From: a virus
Lineage: Duplodnaviria; Heunggongvirae; Uroviricota; Caudoviricetes
Strand: one strand, 5' to 3'
Virus record (IMG/VR): IMGVR_UViG_3300022468_000772
Span: 22,224 to 86,223 of that record
Length of the DNA stretch: 64,000 nucleotides
Shown: piece by piece, positions 57,737-64,000 of the stretch
Numbering within the stretch: position 1 is the first letter of the stretch
How the letters are laid out: every line of letters starts with the position of its first letter
The notes under the pieces: model-generated
What the model saw: the letters and a program-made list of their open reading frames with translations, nothing else
Told to the model about the DNA's origin: nothing
Databases searched by the model: none
Program-made: the position numbers and the translations under genes

Positions 57737-57813
57737 CAGTGTGTAGCTCAGTCTGGTAGAGTACCCTCACTGTTCAAGAGGGTTGTCGCTGGTTCGAATC
57801 CATGCCGCACTGA
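57737..57813 (+). tRNA. tRNA-like gene with 9-nt anticodon loop on extended stalk
   Basis: CAGTGTG/CGCACTG plus 13 further bp; CCCTC/GAGGG with ACTGTTCAA loop. Confidence 0.5.
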
Positions 57814-57965
57814 CAAAGAATTTTATAGACATACGGTGGAACCTGATACGTCATCCGAAGATCATTGAATCATTAGGCGTCCTGCGGCATCGAAAGTACC
57901 CCGCATCAACATGAATTAAGTTTTATGCTCTGTTATAATGCAGGTTTTCTATAAAATTTTGAAAT

Positions 57966-58042
57966 AGAGCGGTAGTTTAATTGGCAAAATTCAGAACTCC
58001 AAATTCTTGAGACTCTAGGTTCGAATCCTAGTCGCTCTGCCA
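57966..58042 (+). tRNA. tRNA-Trp(CCA)
   Basis: AGAGCGG/TCGCTCT, loop CTCCAAA, G73, CCA. Confidence 0.85.
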
Positions 58043-58051
58043 ATGGTTTAT

Positions 58052-58146
58052 ATGTCGGTAGCTTAAAGAGGTGCGCAACTAAATCCTCAACGTCAGAGCG
58101 CCTATTCGCGATAGGAGGTGGGGTTAGATTCCTTCCCGGCATGCCA
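58052..58146 (+). tRNA. tRNA-like gene with D-loop insertion (anticodon possibly CGC)
   Basis: ATGTCGG/CCGGCAT+GCCA; GCTT/GAGC enclosing 31 nt; CCTA(T)/(A)TAGG arm. Confidence 0.5.
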
Positions 58147-58225
58147 TATTGTTAGTTTTATCGGTGAGTGAAAAGTTGGGAGAGATTGTGTATACCATAA
58201 ATATATGTATAGTTGAGGTATACAC

Positions 58226-58615
58226 ATGGAAAAAACTTACGAATGTCTACACTGTAGTAAAATTTGCATTATGCATCGGGCAAAGGTTAACAAATATTGT
58301 TCAAACCAATGTCAAAAAGATTATGAATTCTATAAGTCAGTGGAATCTGGGACAGCATCGCATAGAGTTATAAAACGGTATTTGATTGAAAAGAATGGAT
58401 CAAAATGTTTTGAATGCGGGATCAGTGATTGGAATGGTTTATCTTTGGTAATGGAGTTGGAGCATATTGATGGCAATTCTGAAAACAATAGTTTAGCCAA
58501 TGTTAAACTATTGTGTCCAAATTGTCATTCCCAGACGCCAACATATAAGGCTAAAAATGTTGGAAATGGAAGGCATTCGCGTCGAATTCGATATCAAAGT
58601 GGAAAAAGTTATTAG
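58226..58615 (+). CDS. HNH endonuclease inside the tRNA cluster
   Basis: CFECG, LEHIDGNSENN...LLCPNCHS. Confidence 0.88.
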   Translation: MEKTYECLHCSKICIMHRAKVNKYCSNQCQKDYEFYKSVESGTASHRVIKRYLIEKNGSKCFECGISDWNGLSLVMELEHIDGNSENNSLANVKLLCPNCHSQTPTYKAKNVGNGRHSRRIRYQSGKSY

Positions 58616-58703
58616 CTGGATTGTCTGAGTGGTTGAAAGAAACGGTTTTGTAAGCCGTTGGGTTAACTCCCCATCGCAGGTTCGAATCCTGTGTCCAGCA
58701 CCA
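58615..58703 (+). tRNA. tRNA with Thr(TGT) anticodon on a class-II body
   Basis: GCTGGAT/GTCCAGC, loop TTTGTAA, long variable arm, CCA. Confidence 0.8.
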
Positions 58704-58780
58704 GTTAGCGTGATAGACCACGCACCAACGTTAGAAGTAACGTTAATGACTTCAATCAAGTGCGAATCTTGTTAAAATTT

Positions 58781-58856
58781 GGGTCTTTAGCTCAGTTGGG
58801 AGAGCCGTGCCCTTGTAGGGCGAAGGTCGGCAGTTCAAGTCTGTCAAGACCCACCA
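58781..58856 (+). tRNA. tRNA-Thr(TGT)
   Basis: GGGTCTT/AAGACCC, loop CTTGTAG, CCA. Confidence 0.8.
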
Positions 58857-59081
58857 AATTGTGGTATAATGTAGGTATACTAAGTTGCTTGTGATTAGTA
58901 GAGTAGATGAAAACCGAGCCAGAGCGCAAAGAACTGGTCTTCAATCATTAGATTGACGTTTACGGAAGGAAGTCGGTTCAGTAGGGAGTCGAAAGCAAGC
59001 AATAGCGGAAAGAGTTGGTTGGACGACAAAAGTTATGAGTTTGTTCCTCAAATAACGCCGTGTATTCGTTCATAGATTATT

Positions 59082-59156
59082 GGGTTGTTAGTGTAATGGT
59101 TAGCACCAGAGATTGTGATTCTCTTAGTTCAAGTTCAAATCTTGAACAACCCTCCA
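59082..59156 (+). tRNA. tRNA-His(GTG) without encoded G-1
   Basis: GGGTTGT/ACAACCC, loop TTGTGAT, T at -1, T73, CCA. Confidence 0.9.
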
Positions 59157-59428
59157 AAGTTGTGGTATAATTGCTTTATCAAAGGATAAATAATTATGTC
59201 AGCCTTATCACCTGATAGAAAATAGACACCGAATTATGTGGTTAGCGTAGTTCTATAGATGTCTGGGGTAAGAATCCTAAGTTAACCACGAATTAATCGA
59301 TCTGATCAGTCGAAAAGTAAGTAGTAGGGTGTCATGTTACAGCGGCGCTCTTTGCAGTGATATACTGCGTCAGTCTGAGGAAGATTGAGAAACACTGTGG
59401 TAAAAACCCAAACGTAGCTGTAACCTAT

Positions 59429-59505
59429 GCCCCGTTGGACTTCTGGTTGAGGTCATCACCCTTTCAAGGTGAGCAGGCTCGGTTCGAATCCGGCACGGGG
59501 TACCA
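59429..59505 (+). tRNA. tRNA-Glu(TTC)
   Basis: Cloverleaf, loop CTTTCAA, CCA. Confidence 0.9.
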
Positions 59506-59517
59506 AGTTTTATTTGT

Positions 59518-59596
59518 TGCGGATTAGAGAAGCCCGATCTATCTCACTTGGCTCATAACCAAGAGGTCACTGGTTCAAATCCAGTATCCGCTACCA
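59518..59596 (+). tRNA. tRNA-Met(CAT), initiator-like 1:72 mismatch
   Basis: TGCGGAT/ATCCGCT, loop CTCATAA, CCA. Confidence 0.85.
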
Positions 59597-59607
59597 ATAA
59601 AATTTAT

Positions 59608-59686
59608 TCCACAGAACCCGAGCGTGGTGCATGGGCCGGACTGTTAATCCGTGGTTAGCTGGGATCGTCACCCAGATGTGGAGCCA
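59608..59686 (+). tRNA. tRNA-Asn(GTT), atypical D/T loops
   Basis: Loop CTGTTAA, G73, CCA. Confidence 0.78.
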
Positions 59687-59706
59687 TATTTGAAAGAAAA
59701 ATATTA

Positions 59707-59883
59707 TGAGTGCAAAACTGATTGGTGAAGATATTCCAAAGAGCATTGGTAAATACAATATCGCATCTGAGCGAATTCGTACTATGATTCCATTTTTTGC
59801 GACCTTTGATGGTGAAAAATGGGTTGATATTCCATCTTTTTTCCTAAATGAAGGTGGTAAACTCTATTTCTTTGAAGATTGAT
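59707..59883 (+). CDS. 58-aa hypothetical protein (not in ORF track)
   Basis: MSAKLIGEDIPK...LYFFED. Confidence 0.55.
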
Positions 59884-59891
59884 ATATCGGG

Positions 59892-59967
59892 GGGGGTGTA
59901 GCTCAGTTGGGAGAGCGGTTGCTTTGCAAGCAATAGGTCGCAGGTTCGATTCCTGTCACTTCCACCA
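59892..59967 (+). tRNA. tRNA-Ala(TGC)
   Basis: G3:U70, loop TTTGCAA, CCA. Confidence 0.93.
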
Positions 59968-59968
59968 T

Positions 59969-60080
59969 ATTTGAAGGCCAAATTCTCCTGGTGAGTATTA
60001 AAAGGCGTTGCGGCACTCGGAAGAGGCGTTAAACATCGAAGCGCAAACTAATAGGGTTGTGTCCCTGCCTGCCTTCAAAT
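59969..60080 (+). ncRNA. ~110-nt RNA closed by a 10-bp terminal stem
   Basis: ATTTGAAGGC/GCCTTCAAAT. Confidence 0.45.
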
Positions 60081-60245
60081 TATTATTATGAAAGTGAACT
60101 ATGAAACTTGTTGATATCTTCTTGGTGGATGGTATTCGAGTCTACGGCTATACACTTGAAGGTCACTCTGGTATTTGGCGTTCCATGACTTACTACCCTG
60201 AAACATGGCACATCCCAATGATCAAAGATATCTGGTTCGACTGAC

Positions 60246-60796
60246 ATGACACATCTTCCAATCCAATACATTCCATGTGCCATAGATTACCCTACACAGG
60301 CTTTCAAACGGCTTTGGAATGAACTGCAGTGGGATCGTCGTGGTTCAACTCCACGTAGAGAATACTACTGCAACGATGTCAACGTGTCCCTTACACCTAT
60401 GGCTCTGGCTCTGGTATCAGAACATATGAACCAAGGCTAATGCATCCTGTCATAGCTCAGATCAAATCTGATTGTGAGTTAATCATGAACACAAAATTTG
60501 AAGTAGTGTTTTTGAATGGATACGAGAATTCACGTGATCATCTTGGATGGCATGCTGATGACTCCCCAGAAATGGATGATACCAGACCCATTTGCATTGT
60601 TTCTCTTGGTGCAGAGCGTGAGATTTGGTTCAGGCCACAGAACGACAAAGACGAAGTGACTAAACTTGTGTTGCAGCATGGAAGCCTTTGTGTGATGGAA
60701 GCTGGTATGCAGGATACACACTATCACCGAATTCCCAAAGCCAGCTTTGAATGTGGGCCTAGAATCAGCATTACACTGCGCGGATACACTGAATAA
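60246..60796 (+). pseudogene. AlkB-family 2OG-Fe(II) dioxygenase split by a frameshift near 60385
   Basis: WHADD, SLGAER, H.IPK, RISITLR; conserved-looking PYTYGSG..IRTYEP lies in the shifted frame. Confidence 0.8.
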
Positions 60797-60797
60797 T

Positions 60798-61088
60798 ATG
60801 CCAGAGCAATACAATACATTTCCAAAATTCCCTGCTATGTCACGTGCTTTAGCTGATGTACGTCTTATGTTTGGGCTTACCGACTATCCTATTAGATTTA
60901 CCAAAGAAGAGCTTGAAATCGCTTCTAGGTTTGATGCTGCTTTAGAATTACGTAAAGTAATGGAACGTAGAAAAGCTATGAGGGAAGAGCAACAGCTTAA
61001 TGAATTTGATGTGTCTGAATTCATAGAACAGCAAAAACAACTATCTGAATACAATAAAAATAATCCAGATAATCCCGCAAAGTTCTAA
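60798..61088 (+). CDS. Hypothetical protein
   Basis: Coupled ORF. Confidence 0.6.
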   Translation: MPEQYNTFPKFPAMSRALADVRLMFGLTDYPIRFTKEELEIASRFDAALELRKVMERRKAMREEQQLNEFDVSEFIEQQKQLSEYNKNNPDNPAKF

Positions 61089-61134
61089 ATCTTGTGGTAT
61101 AATTCATTTATCTAAATTCAAAAGGAAATTCAAA

Positions 61135-61554
61135 ATGAACACCACATACGCTATTGCATATGTTTCGAATGGAAATACCTATCATAATTGGAGTGGTCAA
61201 ATTCAAGACTCTTTTGTGACCAAAACCTACGGATCGCAGCGTTTTGAGAGTGAAAGCGAAGCAGAGTTTTATATGGAAAAACTCTTCCGCGATTACCATG
61301 CAATTAAAAAAACAGAGCAAGAATTGTTTAGTGTTGATAAGAAACACTCAAATTTTCTTCGCTCTGAGAAAAAGGTTTCGCCTTACTGTGATGAAGTGAT
61401 CCGCCTTCATGATGAAGTTGAAACGAAAAAACAAGATTTTCAACTGGAATATGGAATTCGATTCCAAGATTTGGATTTTCATACGTCAGAAAATCACTTT
61501 CAAATCCATAAGCAGTATAACTATGACCCAGACGCATACAAGGGGTATCCATGA
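61135..61554 (+). CDS. Hypothetical protein
   Basis: Promoter-leader repeat upstream. Confidence 0.65.
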   Translation: MNTTYAIAYVSNGNTYHNWSGQIQDSFVTKTYGSQRFESESEAEFYMEKLFRDYHAIKKTEQELFSVDKKHSNFLRSEKKVSPYCDEVIRLHDEVETKKQDFQLEYGIRFQDLDFHTSENHFQIHKQYNYDPDAYKGYP

Positions 61555-61847
61555 TCACCATTGCTGAAGATAACCACATCCCCTTACTGCATAAGTTATC
61601 GATAACCGAAACTAAAAACGCCTTGAAATGGGGTTCTTTAGTTGATATCGAAGAATTCAAGCGGCAAGTTAATTCAGGGTTAGTCTCATATGACGAATCT
61701 GCGTTATGGGCATGCGAACACGAAACCAGAATCTACACTGGTGAAATGGTTGAATGGGAACTCAGCGAGAACGACAAAGACGAAGAAATTGTTTTACTTT
61801 TGAATAAACCCGAGTGGGCCACTATGGTTTACTGGTACGGCAAGTAA
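61551..61847 (+). CDS. Hypothetical protein
   Basis: ATGA overlap. Confidence 0.6.
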   Translation: MITIAEDNHIPLLHKLSITETKNALKWGSLVDIEEFKRQVNSGLVSYDESALWACEHETRIYTGEMVEWELSENDKDEEIVLLLNKPEWATMVYWYGK

Positions 61848-61865
61848 TGTGCTATAATTCCATTC

Positions 61866-62918
61866 ATGAAAACATCTATCTCTCAACTCAAAACATATTT
61901 GGTCGGCGGCGCAGTTCGCGATATCTACATGGGAGAAATCCCAAAGGATCGTGACTACGTTGTGCTTGGTTCCTCTCCAGAAGAAATGCTTTCTCTGGGC
62001 TTCGAACAAGTCGGTGCTGACTTCCCTGTGTTTCTACATCCAGAGACAAAGGAAGAGTATGCTTTGGCTCGTCGTGAGCGCAAGGTTGGTTCTGGTTACC
62101 TTGGTTTTGAGTGTGAGTTTGGTGCTGATGTTACACTTGAAGAAGACCTGAACCGTCGCGATTTCACTTGCAACTCCATGGCAATGGATTTGGAAACAAA
62201 CGAAATCTTTGACCCGTTTGATGGTCGCCACGACATCGACAGAGACACTCTCCGTATTACCTCTCCTGCCTTCAAAGAAGACCCTCTGCGCGTCTTGCGC
62301 ATGGCACGTTTTGCTGCGCGTTATGATTGGCATATTTCGTCTGAGTCTGTTGGTATTGCACGAGAAGTTGTACTCTCCGGTGCATTGAATGAACTGCCTG
62401 CAGAGCGTTTCTGGAAAGAGATTGAAAAGTCTTTTGATGACGAATCATTGCGTGATTTTTTTGTTAACTTGGATTACCTTCTGGTTATGAATTTTTCCGA
62501 GTTTTTTAAGAATGCACTACCAAAGTGGGCTGTTTATAAATCACATTTTGATGATCTTGAAAATGTGGAGTGGCTTTCTGCTCTGCTGTCGAATGAAAAT
62601 ACAACAATCTGGCTATCTGCACGTGCCAAACGCATTGCTAAGGCTTTGATGCTGGTTACACCGAGGAATGCAGAAACAATGTATAGTTACCTACTTGGAT
62701 GTGATGCATTCCGCATGAGCAGTATCTTGCGCGATGTTGTAAGTATCAAAAAAACAGTATATTTTAATACATCAACACAAATCACCATTGGTGCATGTAA
62801 CCTGTGCAAGACAGTCACTGCAACCGACTTCCCAAATCTGGAAGGAAAAGCGCTTGGTGATGCTATCAAAGACAAACGCATGCAATTGATCGCATGTCTC
62901 TATAACGATTTATTTTAA
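61866..62918 (+). CDS. cca: tRNA nucleotidyltransferase (CCA-adding enzyme, class II)
   Basis: YLVGGAVRD, DRDYVV, ALARRE, EEDLNRRDFTCN, EDPLRVLRMARFAAR, ERFW.E. Confidence 0.93.
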   Translation: MKTSISQLKTYLVGGAVRDIYMGEIPKDRDYVVLGSSPEEMLSLGFEQVGADFPVFLHPETKEEYALARRERKVGSGYLGFECEFGADVTLEEDLNRRDFTCNSMAMDLETNEIFDPFDGRHDIDRDTLRITSPAFKEDPLRVLRMARFAARYDWHISSESVGIAREVVLSGALNELPAERFWKEIEKSFDDESLRDFFVNLDYLLVMNFSEFFKNALPKWAVYKSHFDDLENVEWLSALLSNENTTIWLSARAKRIAKALMLVTPRNAETMYSYLLGCDAFRMSSILRDVVSIKKTVYFNTSTQITIGACNLCKTVTATDFPNLEGKALGDAIKDKRMQLIACLYNDLF

Positions 62919-62921
62919 GGA

Positions 62922-63116
62922 ATGAAAATGTTAAAAGATCGTAAAGTATTGGTTGAAAATGAAATTGAAAAACTCAAACGTGAATGTGGGCAGGAATATC
63001 TATCTATGATCCGTGGAGTGAATATTATTGGATATGATGACAAGCGTGAAAAGCTAACTTCACTTATGGTTGACCTTTCTTTGATTGAAAAGATGATTTC
63101 TGATGGACAAGAATGA
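62922..63116 (+). CDS. Hypothetical protein
   Basis: AAGGA RBS. Confidence 0.6.
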   Translation: MKMLKDRKVLVENEIEKLKRECGQEYLSMIRGVNIIGYDDKREKLTSLMVDLSLIEKMISDGQE

Positions 63117-63253
63117 CAAAGAAACACGTGAGTGGCTAACTTCGTGTTATAATCAGGCCAATGACATTACAGTGAAGAATCCTCCGCTATCTACGGATCG
63201 AATCTTTGCTGCAATGTTGTATATGTACGAGCTTGGAAAGAAAGAAACTCAAA

Positions 63254-63478
63254 ATGGAATTCACCGATCTACTTGACGATTATTTGGCGCAAAAAGAAGT
63301 GATCGATAAACTGCGTATAGAATACAGTCAAAATCTATATGCATACAGTACAACTTTCAAATCTTTTGATGATTACTATTTCGAGCCTGTAGAAAAATAT
63401 CAACAGGCTCGAAATCGTTTGAACGAATTTATGAACCGCAAGTCTCTCAGTGAAATACGCTTCGGCGGGAGTTTATAA
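63254..63478 (+). CDS. Hypothetical protein
   Basis: Corrected ATG start. Confidence 0.55.
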   Translation: MEFTDLLDDYLAQKEVIDKLRIEYSQNLYAYSTTFKSFDDYYFEPVEKYQQARNRLNEFMNRKSLSEIRFGGSL

Positions 63479-63924
63479 TGTACAGCACCACACCACTACC
63501 AGACCCGAATCAGGGTCATGTCGGTTTTTATTTCGCAATTGTAGGTTTGCTACTTCTGGGTATCATTTCTTATATGGTATCACTCCAACATCACTCTACA
63601 TATGAAGACAAATATGAACCATGGAGTCTTAAAAATTCTCCTGTGTTTACAACATTTTTTGTGATTTACATCATTTTGTTTTTCGCGGCATTTTATGGTT
63701 CATTCATTGATACCAAACCTGTCCCAAAGAACGAAGTCGTTATAGCAGAACTGGTTGATTTGGACACTAAGATGGTGCAGAAAAACTTTGGTAGCACTAA
63801 GCATCCTGAATGGCGTTCGGTTCAGCAAGGTTTCCTTGTTTACAAAACTCCTGATGGCTATTTGACACTACCAAACAGTCATTTACAGATCGTACATCAA
63901 CGGATTATTTTATACAAGAATTGA
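63478..63924 (+). CDS. Membrane protein
   Basis: Two hydrophobic helices. Confidence 0.65.
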   Translation: MYSTTPLPDPNQGHVGFYFAIVGLLLLGIISYMVSLQHHSTYEDKYEPWSLKNSPVFTTFFVIYIILFFAAFYGSFIDTKPVPKNEVVIAELVDLDTKMVQKNFGSTKHPEWRSVQQGFLVYKTPDGYLTLPNSHLQIVHQRIILYKN

Positions 63925-64000
63925 AAATAAAAGTTGAATATCTTTATTTCGTGGTATAATTCAGTTATCGAAACACAAAAGGAAAATGAAATGCTACTCT

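Noticed and set aside
60381-60395. Programmed -1 frameshift in the AlkB-like gene
   Set aside because: No X_XXY_YYZ heptamer or obvious downstream stimulator; a GT duplication explains it more simply

Overview
This window is part of a large T4-like (Tevenvirinae/Straboviridae-type) myophage genome. It opens with the gp18-19-20-21-22-23 tail/head module, followed by an HNH homing endonuclease and a short inverted early block (Thg1-like guanylyltransferase, ferritin-like protein). Next come an ART-like effector, gp3/gp2 and a cassette of large carbohydrate-active proteins (GH5+LamG, GH99/WbsX-like, SGNH esterase). A ~550-nt structured non-coding gap precedes uvsY-uvsW-primase-nrdAB-glutaredoxin. 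The middle holds an SLT, two candidate capsid-injected proteins, thyX, phoH, a T5 A1-like nuclease, a GIY-YIG HEG, SLOG/ClpP/DinG/exonuclease genes and the gp45 clamp. From ~45.6 to 60.1 kb lies an RNA island: about 17 recognisable tRNAs, several tRNAs with hairpin inserts in the anticodon or D loop, tRNA-like RNAs on long terminal stalks, a 440-nt RNA carrying 23S rRNA L11-site sequence, and a coiled-coil gene followed by an RNA with a 7-nt periodic tract. tRNA-handling enzymes are spread across the window (Thg1, PTH2-like, frameshifted AlkB-like, CCA-adding enzyme). All calls come from reading motifs and base-pairing by eye; no database search or folding program was run.
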